Notes: generated by a model from the sequence alone, not told the origin. A stretch of 64,000 bases of DNA from an uncultured Candidatus Saccharibacteria bacterium (GCA_964482995.1 CAYZZC010000002.1:1074-65073), one strand, 5' to 3'; shown: positions 27,467-36,954, counted from the stretch's first letter. Numbers and translations: made by a program.

Positions 27467-29350
27467 ATGTCAGAGGGGTCAAACATACGCACTATAGAAA
27501 CTGCGCACGGACGCTTTAGTGTTGATATGTTGCGCGACAAAAAGATAGGCACGAACTTACAAGAGGGGAGCTACCACCAAGAAGATACACTTGAGCTTCT
27601 AAAAAATTTTATTACGCCGGACAGTGTAGTTGTTGATATTGGCGCACATATAGGCACTTTGGCAGTCCCTCTCGCAAAACTTGCCGGGAAGGTTATTGCG
27701 TTTGAGCCAGCGCCAAGCACCTTTGCACTTCTTAAAAAAAATATCGAACAGAATAATCTCACCATTGATGCACGCAACAAAGGGCTGGGGAGCCGCTCTG
27801 GCTACGCATCACTCCAAACAGAACATTTTGCAAATGCCGGAGCAAATACATTAGAGCTTGGTCAAGGTTCAATAGAGGTGAGCACACTTGATGACGAGGT
27901 CGAGTATGCCGATGTTATAAAGATAGACGTAGAGGGTATGGAACTCGCAGTATTTGAAGGTGGGGTGGAGCTTATAGAAAAAGTGCGCCCCATTATTTTT
28001 AGCGAGGTTAATTTATCCGCGCTGCGTGCGCATGGCTCTTTGCCGCAAAAGATCGAGCAGTTTTTGTACAAACGCGGATATGACCTCTACGTGCCTCTGG
28101 GGGACAAAAAGCTTGGCAAAATAGGGAGCCTTAGCCTCGTGTCTCTTTTAAAGGCCCCTCGTGCATATTTATTGAGGAGCCAAAGCGCCCCCTTTGATAT
28201 CTTGGCTATCCCACGGGGAAAATCCATACCAATACCGCACATTTCAGCATCAGCAACCTACTGGTATTTAGGAGCAGATTATTTTAAAAAACAAACAAAG
28301 AGACTAAGACAATTCTTTTTTGATAAAAAAAATAACAGCACATTGCTCGTTCGTAAGGCGGTGACGTTTCGCGCCTCCTCAATAGGAGACTCTCTTATGG
28401 GGAAATATCTACTTGAGAATATCCACGCAGCTTTTCCTGAGGCACGCTGTTCGATATTAGTTGCAGGAAAGGCGGGTATGATCCGCGACCTCCTCGCGGC
28501 GTATCCGTGGATCGAGATTATAGAGGCAAATAAAAGCCAACCCCTCAGTATTATTACTGCTTTTAGAAAGCTTTTTTTGAGCGATGCAACTGTTACCCAA
28601 TACTCGGGGCGTGGGCAGTTTGCAACCGCTACAAAGCTTTTTGCACGAGCAATTACGCGCCGTGGCCGCTTTGCGGGGTTTACTGATGCGTGGCCACTCA
28701 ACACATACTTATATGACCGTCTTATCCCGTTTAGTATGCGCAGAGCGATGCGGCTGCATGAGTGTGACGCACTCGAGGCTTTAGGTATTGAAGTGAGCAT
28801 CAAAGACATTACTCTCCTCGCAAAAGAATGGAATCCTGTGCTCGAGCGCCTTCATCTTGAAGAAAAGAAATATATTATTTTGAATCTTTTTTCAAGCACG
28901 CCTGCGCGCGGGCTCTCGCTTGCGCGGCAAATAGATATTGCGCGTGGTTTGTATGACATATTTGGTAAAGATAAAAAAATTATTCTCACCGGCGGGAGCT
29001 TTGACGCGCCGATAGTGGAGAAAATAAAAGAAGCCGTGCCCGAAATCCTTGATGCGCCAGGCCTTTCAATGCAAGAACTCATAACGCTTGTCGCAAAAAG
29101 TGCCGGGAGCGTGAGCTTAGACACGGGTGTCGGGCATATCGGGGCGCAGGTGGGTGTGCCGCTTGTGATAATGCGCACGTGCTGGGGCTACAACTGGTGG
29201 AACAAAGATAACTACGGCCGCGAGGGGATAGAGGTACTTTCTCGTGAGGACTTATGTGTTAATGGCCACGTAAGCAAAAACTTCCCCGACTGTCTCGACC
29301 AAATCGCAACGAGCAATATCGTAGCCGCCGCAAAGGAACTCTTTATTTGA
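27467..29350 (+). CDS. Bifunctional protein: N-terminal FkbM-family methyltransferase fused to C-terminal GT9 (heptosyltransferase-like) glycosyltransferase
   Basis: Residues 1-200 have VVDIGAHIGTLAVPLAKLAGKVIAFEPAPSTFALLKKNI (FkbM). Residues ~280-627 have GVGHIGAQVGVPLVIM and GT9-like organisation. Confidence 0.6.
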   Translation: MSEGSNIRTIETAHGRFSVDMLRDKKIGTNLQEGSYHQEDTLELLKNFITPDSVVVDIGAHIGTLAVPLAKLAGKVIAFEPAPSTFALLKKNIEQNNLTIDARNKGLGSRSGYASLQTEHFANAGANTLELGQGSIEVSTLDDEVEYADVIKIDVEGMELAVFEGGVELIEKVRPIIFSEVNLSALRAHGSLPQKIEQFLYKRGYDLYVPLGDKKLGKIGSLSLVSLLKAPRAYLLRSQSAPFDILAIPRGKSIPIPHISASATYWYLGADYFKKQTKRLRQFFFDKKNNSTLLVRKAVTFRASSIGDSLMGKYLLENIHAAFPEARCSILVAGKAGMIRDLLAAYPWIEIIEANKSQPLSIITAFRKLFLSDATVTQYSGRGQFATATKLFARAITRRGRFAGFTDAWPLNTYLYDRLIPFSMRRAMRLHECDALEALGIEVSIKDITLLAKEWNPVLERLHLEEKKYIILNLFSSTPARGLSLARQIDIARGLYDIFGKDKKIILTGGSFDAPIVEKIKEAVPEILDAPGLSMQELITLVAKSAGSVSLDTGVGHIGAQVGVPLVIMRTCWGYNWWNKDNYGREGIEVLSREDLCVNGHVSKNFPDCLDQIATSNIVAAAKELFI

Positions 29351-29414
29351 CATAACCTATAAAGTGTAATACTCTGTTCATGGAACTAGAAACCGGGAAC
29401 TAGAGGAGTATCCC

Positions 29415-30239
29415 ATGTCCTATGAGCTCTTTGTTATCGACCACAAGCCTGAACTCGATGAGCAGGAGAAAGGCCGTGTAGCGGCTCTGAAAAACAAGCT
29501 CGCAACCGCCAAGAGTCTTGGTCTGAAAGCGCAAGCTGGTTCGATCAAGACTGACATTACTACCATTGAGCGCGGTCCTCTTATAATGACCCCGCCCATG
29601 ACCGACAGCGAGCTGACCATCTGGCGTGCCTGGCTGCCAACGGCCTACACCGACATCAAAGATGATCAAAATTACGGGCTGGCAGACTACAACTTCGACC
29701 GCATCCCGAGCCCTGTGCTCAAGATGTGGCAGAAGCACAGAGAATCCGGTCTGTTTGAGCGGTTCGAAATCTGGACACCAGAAATTGTTCAACCAGATCC
29801 GATCCTCGTTGGCGTCGTTGGCCGCGTTCGGTATTTGCTTGCCCGCTGGGGCGAGTCCGATGCCAACCTGGTCTCCTTCGACGACATCAAGCGCGAGCTG
29901 GTGCGCCGTTGGCACAACAATGAATCCCTCGGCAATGAATCGACCAGTGAAAGGTGTGCCCGTTACGATCGAGTCGGTGACGCGTTCTCCTCGGCGGTTA
30001 TCTACATGTTATGCGTGGGCATTCCTGTCTGTATAACTCTTCTTGTGTTGTTGGAAGCTCTTCTGTACCCGGCAGGCGCCACGATCAGCGGTCTCTTGGC
30101 TGCTGTTTCGATTGGAGTCGCCAGATTCTTCTATGCTCGCAAGAGTATGACGAAGAAAGTACTGCAATCGAGCACCATCATGCAGGCGATTGCAAAGGAC
30201 GATTCGGTTTCGCGCGAACTGTATCCAGCTTCGGCCTGA
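29415..30239 (+). CDS. Hypothetical protein with C-terminal double TM anchor, stand-alone unit
   Basis: AGAGGAG RBS 6 nt upstream of the ATG, terminator downstream, GC3-rich codons unlike its neighbours. Hydrophobic C-terminus VIYMLCVGIPVCITLLVLL...ISGLLAAVSIGVA. Confidence 0.45.
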   Translation: MSYELFVIDHKPELDEQEKGRVAALKNKLATAKSLGLKAQAGSIKTDITTIERGPLIMTPPMTDSELTIWRAWLPTAYTDIKDDQNYGLADYNFDRIPSPVLKMWQKHRESGLFERFEIWTPEIVQPDPILVGVVGRVRYLLARWGESDANLVSFDDIKRELVRRWHNNESLGNESTSERCARYDRVGDAFSSAVIYMLCVGIPVCITLLVLLEALLYPAGATISGLLAAVSIGVARFFYARKSMTKKVLQSSTIMQAIAKDDSVSRELYPASA

Positions 30240-30264
30240 AATCGTTCTGATATGCAGAAACCAT

Positions 30265-30309
30265 AGCCCTCGCTCTAACCTTATGGTTGGTGCGGGGGCT
30301 TTTATTTTG
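30265..30309 (+). terminator. Rho-independent terminator (long imperfect hairpin plus T-run)
   Basis: AGCCCTCGCTCTAACC-ttat-GGTTGGTGCGGGGGCT followed by TTTATTTTG. Confidence 0.6.
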
Positions 30310-30946
30310 CAACGGTAAAGAGGAAAAAGAGGTGAGCGGGGTCGTTGGCAAAAGACTTTTTTTCAACCAAATGCAGGCCTGCTTCGCGCGCGTGATTTAA
30401 AAACCACGAGACAGGAGTTCCTTTTTTACCTAACTCCCAATAATGTTCGCCATTAAAGACATGCGTTTTCCAAAAGAAGGGGATTTTGAAAAGTAGTGAA
30501 AAACGTTTTATAAGCGGGACTTTAATAATTGCAGAGAACACATACCCCGGCTGCGGGACTGAGATAACTACCGAGTGTTTTGCTACACGCGTAATTTCTC
30601 TAAGTGCCTGAGGTAGGTCGCTCGTCTCTATGTGCTCGAGAATTTCTGCTGCTATAACGACATCAAACGATTTATCAGGAAGCGGGATATTGGTGACGGA
30701 GCCGAGTATGTCTGGCTTTAAATCCTCTGCGATATCGAGCGTTGTAACTTCAAAACCTCTACGGGTGAGCTCCTGGGCCACCACGCCGCTCCCAACACCC
30801 ACCTCAAGCACTGAGCGGCCTTTTGTCTTTGCAATAAGATCTAGTTGATGAAAATACGAATTCCATCGCTCGAGCGATGTATATGCAAGCCCCAAGTAGT
30901 GAGCCTTGTCTACCTGCGTTTTATAATTTGTTTTTTGATCGTGCAT
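30302..30946 (-). CDS. Class I SAM-dependent methyltransferase
   Basis: VLEVGVGSGVVAQEL (motif I) and DVVIAAEILEHI (motif II/III). Confidence 0.7.
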   Translation of the reverse strand: MHDQKTNYKTQVDKAHYLGLAYTSLERWNSYFHQLDLIAKTKGRSVLEVGVGSGVVAQELTRRGFEVTTLDIAEDLKPDILGSVTNIPLPDKSFDVVIAAEILEHIETSDLPQALREITRVAKHSVVISVPQPGYVFSAIIKVPLIKRFSLLFKIPFFWKTHVFNGEHYWELGKKGTPVSWFLNHAREAGLHLVEKKSFANDPAHLFFLFTVAK

Positions 30947-30985
30947 ATATAGACACCACCTATTTTTACTATATAATGCAGCCTT

Positions 30986-32026
30986 ATGAAAGCCGCTATT
31001 TTGGAGCAGATCGATGCGCCACTTACTGTGGGCGAAGTAGGGCTAACTGAGCTTTTGCGCGGCCAGGTTTTGGTCAAGATTTTAGTGAGCGGTATTTGTG
31101 GCTCGCAACTCCAAGAAATCGCAGGCAACAAAGGTAACGCAAAGTTTCTGCCACACCTGATGGGGCACGAGGGCTGCGGTATTGTCGAGGAGGTGGGTGA
31201 GGGCGTCACCAAGGTAAAAAAAGGAGACAAGGTGGTGATGCACTGGCGTAAAGGTGAAGGAGTCGAAGCAGATTTCCCCACATACACATTCAACGGCAAG
31301 ACAATGAAGAGCGGCAAAGTAACCACTTTTAGTGAACACTCGATTGTTTCAGAAAATCGGGTGACACCGGTGCCCAACGACACACCAAACGACCTATGTG
31401 CACTTTTGGGCTGCTCGCTCTCTACAGCGCTCGGCACTATAAACACCGAGGCAAAAGTACAGCGTGGAGAAAGCGTCATGATTGTGGGGGCGGGAGGTCT
31501 TGGTGCTAATTTAATCAAAGCGGCAAAAATGGCAGGCGCCTCGCCTATTATCTCTGTCGATATTCACGAGCATAAGCGAGAGTCTGCACTTCTACTTGGT
31601 GCAACGCATTTTATAAACGCCGCGACAGAAGGTATTGCAGACGCACTTCTAACACAAACAGGCCTCAAGAGTGTCAGTGTTATTGTCGACACCTCAGGCG
31701 CTAAGAAAAGTTTAGAGAGCACTATCCCGCTCCTTTCTGGTGGCGGGCGCTATATTCTTGTCGGCCAACCAAAACCTGGCGAGACTATTGAGCTTACAAA
31801 CGCGTATCATTTTTTTGACGGAGAAGGGAAGACACTTAAAGCAACACAAGGAGGTGGTTTTATGCCAAGCACGGATATCCCGCGCTACCTCGAGCTGTTT
31901 GCATCTGGCGCGCTCAACATAGACGGCATAATCACGCACCGAATTTCACTCGACCAAATAAATGAAGCAATTGATTTAGTACGAAAGGGGATGGCTGGTC
32001 GGGTTATTATAGACATATCATCATGA
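30986..32026 (+). CDS. Zinc-dependent alcohol dehydrogenase (MDR family)
   Basis: GICGSQLQ, HLMGHEGCGIVEEVGEGV and the GAGGLG Rossmann segment. Confidence 0.8.
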   Translation: MKAAILEQIDAPLTVGEVGLTELLRGQVLVKILVSGICGSQLQEIAGNKGNAKFLPHLMGHEGCGIVEEVGEGVTKVKKGDKVVMHWRKGEGVEADFPTYTFNGKTMKSGKVTTFSEHSIVSENRVTPVPNDTPNDLCALLGCSLSTALGTINTEAKVQRGESVMIVGAGGLGANLIKAAKMAGASPIISVDIHEHKRESALLLGATHFINAATEGIADALLTQTGLKSVSVIVDTSGAKKSLESTIPLLSGGGRYILVGQPKPGETIELTNAYHFFDGEGKTLKATQGGGFMPSTDIPRYLELFASGALNIDGIITHRISLDQINEAIDLVRKGMAGRVIIDISS

Positions 32027-32976
32027 ACAAACTTTTAGAAGCATATAAGCGGATGCTTTTCATACGAGTTGCCGAGCAAGAGCTTGTACAACTGTATCTC
32101 GACAAAAAGTTATTTAGTATGGTGCACTTTTATGTCGGCCAAGAGGCTGTGGCGGTTGGTGTATGCGACGCACTAAAACCCGAGGACAAAGTGATGGGCA
32201 ATCATCGCTCGCACGGGCACTACCTCGCCAAGGGCGGCAACTTCCGCAGGATGGCGTGCGAGCTCCTCGGCCGTGCAAACGGCCTGGCGCACGGCAAGGG
32301 CGGCTCGATGCACATGATCGACAAGTCGGTTAACTTTGTCGGCTCAACCCCGCTTTTGGGGAGCGTTGCGCCGCTTGCAGCCGGTGTTGCGTTTGAACAA
32401 AAGTTTAATAATCGAGACACTATCACTACTGCCTTTTATGGCGACGGCGCCTCAGAAGAGGGCGTGGTGTACGAGACATACAACTTGGCGGCGCTGTACC
32501 AAGTGCCGCTGCTCCTGATTGTTGAAAATAATCTCTTTGCTATCAACTCAAAACTAAAAGACCGCCGCGCGCCCGGCCATACTCTTGAAAAAATTGTATC
32601 AGGGTTCGGTGTCGAGTATAGAAAAGCAGACGGGAACGATTACAAAGACGTGCATGCAAAAGCAAAAGAACTAGCCGACCTTGTCCGCCGAGAAAAGCGG
32701 CCAGCCGTGCTTGAGTGTGTTACCTACCGCCACATGGCGCACTCAACACCCCTTATGGATGAAAAACATCGTGAGGCAGATACGCTTGAAGAGCGCACCA
32801 AGCAAGACCCCCTTACTAAGCTTAAGGCTGAGCTTCTTGCGAGCGGCATTACAGAAGGAGAGCTTGCTACTTTAGAAAAAACATTTAAAGAGGAAGTGCA
32901 GGCTGATATCAATTTCGCGCTCGAGTCGCCGTTCCCCACAAAGGAAGAAATGTATACCGACATGTATGCAGAATAA
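32023..32976 (+). CDS. ThDP-dependent 2-oxoacid dehydrogenase E1 component, alpha subunit (PdhA/AcoA-like)
   Basis: FYVGQEAVAVGV, HRSHGHYLAKG, ThDP motif region YGDGASEEGVVYETYNLAAL. ATGA overlap with the ADH. Confidence 0.85.
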   Translation: MNKLLEAYKRMLFIRVAEQELVQLYLDKKLFSMVHFYVGQEAVAVGVCDALKPEDKVMGNHRSHGHYLAKGGNFRRMACELLGRANGLAHGKGGSMHMIDKSVNFVGSTPLLGSVAPLAAGVAFEQKFNNRDTITTAFYGDGASEEGVVYETYNLAALYQVPLLLIVENNLFAINSKLKDRRAPGHTLEKIVSGFGVEYRKADGNDYKDVHAKAKELADLVRREKRPAVLECVTYRHMAHSTPLMDEKHREADTLEERTKQDPLTKLKAELLASGITEGELATLEKTFKEEVQADINFALESPFPTKEEMYTDMYAE

Positions 32977-34015
32977 TTACAATATGGAACCAAGGATTAT
33001 CAAATACGCCGAGGCGATTAAAGAGGCCACCAAGCAGATACTCGAAAGCGACAAAACCGCTTTTCTTATGGGCCTTGGTGTCCCGCAGGGTGCCGCAGGC
33101 ACTGTCGTGGGGCTTAAAGAGCTCTTCCCCACCCAAGTGCTTGATACACCGACCTCTGAGGCGGCGCTCACCGGGCTAGCGGTCGGGGCGGCTATCAGCG
33201 GCCTGCGCCCCATGGTCTACCATGAGCGCGTTGAGTTTAGCTTGCTCGCCAGCGACGCTATCTTTACCCAGGCTGCAAAATGGAACTACATGTTTGGCGG
33301 CAACAACCCAGTGCCGGTAGTGCTGCGTATTGCCGTTGGCCGACAGTGGGGCAATGGCCCACAGCACTCCCAGGCGCTCTACGGCCTCTTTGGAGCGGTG
33401 CGGGGGCTTAAAGTGGTTATACCCTCGACCCCCCACATGATGAAGGGCCTGCTAATATCCGCTATCCGCGATAACAACCCTGTCGTGATTCTAGAGCCCC
33501 GTTGGCTCTACCAGGTAAAGGGGCATGTGCCAACTGAGATGTTTACTGAGCCGCTCGACCGCGCACGCGTGGTTAAAGAAGGGACTGATCTCACGGTGGT
33601 TGCCTACGGCGACGGTTTTGTAGACACACTTGCTGCGCTCAAGCTCTTGCCGGAGGATATCAGTGTTGAGATGATCGACCTCGTGAGCATCAACCCGATT
33701 GACCACCAAACGATCGCGAAGTCGGTTGAGAAAACAGGCCGGCTTCTGTGTGTCGACAGCACCAACAGCGCATTTAGCATTGGCTCAGAGATAATCGCTA
33801 AAGTAGCGCAAAATCCGGTGGGCTTAACTCAAGCGCCCGTTGGAGTCGCGGCGCCCGATGTGCCGGTGCCCACCTCGCCCGCCTTAAGCGAGTTTTGGTA
33901 CCCAACTAAAATCGACATCGCAAACGCGATTTTGAAAATGTTTGGGAAACCCGAGCTCGATATAAAACTCCCGTTCGAAGAGCTCCACCTTGCCCCGACC
34001 ACCACGCTCGAGTAA
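32966..34015 (+). CDS. 2-oxoacid dehydrogenase E1 component, beta subunit (transketolase-like)
   Basis: Transketolase pyrimidine-binding and C-terminal domain pattern (LMGLGV..., VVIPSTPHMMKGLL, DLTVVAYG). Confidence 0.85.
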   Translation: MQNNYNMEPRIIKYAEAIKEATKQILESDKTAFLMGLGVPQGAAGTVVGLKELFPTQVLDTPTSEAALTGLAVGAAISGLRPMVYHERVEFSLLASDAIFTQAAKWNYMFGGNNPVPVVLRIAVGRQWGNGPQHSQALYGLFGAVRGLKVVIPSTPHMMKGLLISAIRDNNPVVILEPRWLYQVKGHVPTEMFTEPLDRARVVKEGTDLTVVAYGDGFVDTLAALKLLPEDISVEMIDLVSINPIDHQTIAKSVEKTGRLLCVDSTNSAFSIGSEIIAKVAQNPVGLTQAPVGVAAPDVPVPTSPALSEFWYPTKIDIANAILKMFGKPELDIKLPFEELHLAPTTTLE

Positions 34016-34197
34016 ATACAGATTATTTTACTAAAGTGACGACTATATCGCTTGCAGGGAAAAGATAACAAAATCCTGTCATTTCATATACTACTTGGCG
34101 GCGGAGTGACGAGTTTACATACCATTCAATAAGTTTGTTGTAAAAAAAGAAGCGCGATGATTTTTTATCAAAGTTTATTTTTAAGTTCTCAAGCCTG

Positions 34198-34602
34198 CTA
34201 AAGACGAATTCCATAAAAAAAATCTCCGCTTCGGTGGTTCCATATATACGTGCCTTTTGCAAAATAATCGAAAGTAGTAACTGCAAAACGTTTTTTATGT
34301 GTCGGGTCAGTAAAGTTATTACGTGAGGTAAAGTGCGGGACACGGATATGCACCTTGCCGCCTGAGGCGAGGATGCGATGAATATCCTTTAATACAGGGA
34401 TATACTCAACGTGTTCTAAAATATCCTGGCACAAGATTTCATCGAAACTATTATCTGCAAAGGGGAGCGGCAGTTTTTCGATATCGTGTACAACATCAAC
34501 TCCTGGGAGCTGCACTATATTAAGGTTTACCCAGCCTTCTTTAATGTCTGTGCCACAACCAAGGTTGAGTTTGCGTGGAGAGACGGCATTCTTTTTATCC
34601 AT
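34198..34602 (-). CDS. Class I SAM-dependent methyltransferase (Methyltransf_11-like), apparently truncated; remainder continues in another frame to 34023
   Basis: LNLGCGTDIKEGWVNLN, DEILCQDILEHV and GGKVHIRVPH. The ORF stops just after an A8/T8 homopolymer (34215-34222). A -strand ORF in a different frame (34023-34343) then runs on for ~60 codons past the tract. Confidence 0.5.
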   Translation of the reverse strand: MDKKNAVSPRKLNLGCGTDIKEGWVNLNIVQLPGVDVVHDIEKLPLPFADNSFDEILCQDILEHVEYIPVLKDIHRILASGGKVHIRVPHFTSRNNFTDPTHKKRFAVTTFDYFAKGTYIWNHRSGDFFYGIRL

Positions 34603-34625
34603 GGAGGCAGTATATCAACTTTCTG

Positions 34626-35441
34626 TTACTGAGCGAAGTTGGCGTATTTGTTTTCAAAATACGTTTCTTTGCCAAAGTAATATGGCCAGTCGATACTGTT
34701 GTTTTTGGTGACAATGTGCGGCACGTTAGCAAACCACGCTGCGGTGTTGCTTAAAGTTGTGTTTGTACCAATGACGACACTGCAGGTGGAGAGTAAAAAC
34801 AGGTTAGTCTCGGCGTTCTCAAGGTAGACATGTGTCGTGTACCCTTCAAATATTTTTGCTGCAGGAGCTCGGTCTGAGGCGATCAAAAGCTCTACGTCCC
34901 CTTTATGGAGTTGTTTCTCGCGCATATATTCATCGATAATCTCTCGCACGCGCGTGGATGAGACCAAGAACTCACCGTCCTCGAAGCCCCCAAATGGTAT
35001 GAGTCGTAGATGGACGCCAATTTTTATACGGCCGGTTTTTAGCGGTGCCACAAGACTTTCGATCTTTCTTTGCAGACGAGGTGATGACCCGAATTTTTCT
35101 ATTATCTGCTTTCTGTAGCGCTCGAGCCCAAGTGGGTTTCTAAACATCCAGCCAAAAAAGTAGAGAGTCTCTTGTGCCTCAAGTGCGGGGGGCAAGGCTT
35201 CAGTCGGTGAGAGGAATTTCGGCCCGCCCAAGGCCCATATGCCCGCTTTACCGCGCGTTACTTTGTCTACCATCCATGCATAAAGCGCATACGGCCTACG
35301 CAGTACGCGGTCCTGTTCAAAAAAACTTATATTGACAACCTCTCTACCGCTTTCAATGCCATAGGCATAGATACTCATATCGTTTAGCAGCCGGTTGGCG
35401 TACTCGTGCGCACGATGTTCGATGATAAAAAGCTTTTTCAT
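34626..35441 (-). CDS. Putative glycosyltransferase (fucosyltransferase/GT11-like), low confidence
   Basis: Start MKKLFII abuts the stop of the upstream gene. FFG-W and HLRLIPFGG segments weakly recall GT11. No firm motif. Confidence 0.35.
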   Translation of the reverse strand: MKKLFIIEHRAHEYANRLLNDMSIYAYGIESGREVVNISFFEQDRVLRRPYALYAWMVDKVTRGKAGIWALGGPKFLSPTEALPPALEAQETLYFFGWMFRNPLGLERYRKQIIEKFGSSPRLQRKIESLVAPLKTGRIKIGVHLRLIPFGGFEDGEFLVSSTRVREIIDEYMREKQLHKGDVELLIASDRAPAAKIFEGYTTHVYLENAETNLFLLSTCSVVIGTNTTLSNTAAWFANVPHIVTKNNSIDWPYYFGKETYFENKYANFAQ

Positions 35442-36142
35442 TCTAGTATTGTCCAATTCTTTTTGAGTATGGGGAGCCGCCATGGGGGGTTACTGCGCGC
35501 ATACCGATGTACAAAAAGTTTTTGTTTTGGGTTTTGATAGGGAAGGCAGTCGACTAAAAACATAAATACGGAGTCTACCACGTGTATCTCCTCTGCACGC
35601 TCCATGACCGTGCAATAGTCAAAGATATTATCTGTTAAACTCTTTTCGGCGCGTACTGCAAGGAGGTGTGCCGGCAGTCTTTGAGGCGACATACGCGAAC
35701 CGTAGATAGCGTCGTCGTGGATAAATATATAGGGCTCTTTGGATGTGACACGTGCAAAAAAATCTTGTTCCCGCGTTTGGTCGCGCTGTACATAAAAACT
35801 GCTCCACTTTTTTTCGTGCGGCACGTTTGCCAGCGCGTAAAATTGTCGCTCCGCTGGGATGCCAAGCTCTGTGTCGTCGTAGAGTATTTTGATCTCGTCG
35901 TAGCGCGCGCTACCAAGCTTGAATTTGTTGTAGAAGCGAAAGAATTGCTTATCTCGGTGGTTGTTTGATTTTTCTATTTTGAGATTCTCCAAATCACGAT
36001 ACATAAAGGAGACTGAAGCAAAATAACGGGGGATACAGAAGATCCCGACACGGTCATATTTTTTGCAATATTCACGCACTAAACCGTTGACGATTATGTT
36101 GTCGCCCAGCTTGTTGTGGTGGTCAAGGAGTATGCTAGACAC
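35438..36142 (-). CDS. Hypothetical protein in glycan locus
   Basis: Long ORF co-directional with and abutting the downstream gene. No recognisable motif. Confidence 0.4.
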   Translation of the reverse strand: MSSILLDHHNKLGDNIIVNGLVREYCKKYDRVGIFCIPRYFASVSFMYRDLENLKIEKSNNHRDKQFFRFYNKFKLGSARYDEIKILYDDTELGIPAERQFYALANVPHEKKWSSFYVQRDQTREQDFFARVTSKEPYIFIHDDAIYGSRMSPQRLPAHLLAVRAEKSLTDNIFDYCTVMERAEEIHVVDSVFMFLVDCLPYQNPKQKLFVHRYARSNPPWRLPILKKNWTILE

Positions 36143-36180
36143 GAGCCGATTTTACTATACAATCGGGCAGATACAAACGT

Positions 36181-36954
36181 ATGAAAAAGATACTCGTTAT
36201 AGGCGAAACGTGCCTGGACCGCTTTGTGTATTGCCACGCGGAGCGTCTTGCCCCCGACCTACCTGTGCCAGTTTTGAACGTGATCGAGGAGACGAAGAAC
36301 CCCGGTATGGCCAAAAATGTCGAGCGCAACATCAAGGCGATCTACGAGCATTGCGATCTTATCACCAACCCCGGTTGGGAGGAGGTTACCAAAACGCGCT
36401 ACGTCCACCGCAACTCAAACCACACGTTTATACGCATTGATGCGAACACACACATCGACCGTATCGCTATGCGCGACATGCCGCTCGACGAGTATGAGAT
36501 TGTTGCAATTTCAGACTATAACAAAGGGTTTTTAAAAGAGGAGGACATTCAGGCAATCTGCGAACGGCATGACAAAGTTTTTATTGATACAAAAAAGGTG
36601 CTCGGCGACTGGGCTGCCAAAGCAAAGATAATTAAAATAAACAATTTCGAATACGAGCGCTCCAAACCAAACATTACTCCCGAACTCGCTGAGAAGATTA
36701 TTTGCACCAAAGGTGAGTTTGGGGCGCAGTTTCAGGGCAGATTATATTCTGTTACACCAGCCGAGGTTAAAGACTCCAGTGGTGCCGGAGACTCCTTCTT
36801 TGCGGCGCTTCTGGTACGATACATAGAGACAGGCGACATCGACGAGTCTATCCGTTTTGCTAACGAGTGCGCCTCAAAGGTAGTGGCGCAAAAAGGTATC
36901 ACTGTTATTGAACGACCAAAAAAAGTTACACATGAACAAGGTCAAAACGCTTAA
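36181..36954 (+). CDS. PfkB-family carbohydrate kinase, HldA/RfaE-domain-I-like (D-glycero-beta-D-manno-heptose-7-phosphate kinase)
   Basis: N-terminal MKKILVIGETCLDRF and a C-terminal DSSGAGDSFFAALL anion-hole motif. Immediately followed by an HldC-like gene. Confidence 0.65.
   Translation: MKKILVIGETCLDRFVYCHAERLAPDLPVPVLNVIEETKNPGMAKNVERNIKAIYEHCDLITNPGWEEVTKTRYVHRNSNHTFIRIDANTHIDRIAMRDMPLDEYEIVAISDYNKGFLKEEDIQAICERHDKVFIDTKKVLGDWAAKAKIIKINNFEYERSKPNITPELAEKIICTKGEFGAQFQGRLYSVTPAEVKDSSGAGDSFFAALLVRYIETGDIDESIRFANECASKVVAQKGITVIERPKKVTHEQGQNA

Noticed and set aside
28279-28809. 176-aa minus-strand ORF inside the FkbM-GT9 fusion gene
   Set aside because: Antisense shadow ORF; no RBS or motif.
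29400-29915. 171-aa minus-strand ORF opposite the 29415-30239 gene
   Set aside because: The plus-strand ORF has a canonical AGAGGAG RBS and a downstream terminator; the minus ORF has neither and no motif.
30910-31518. 202-aa minus-strand ORF opposite the alcohol dehydrogenase gene
   Set aside because: The sense-strand ADH has unmistakable MDR zinc-binding motifs; the antisense ORF is a shadow.
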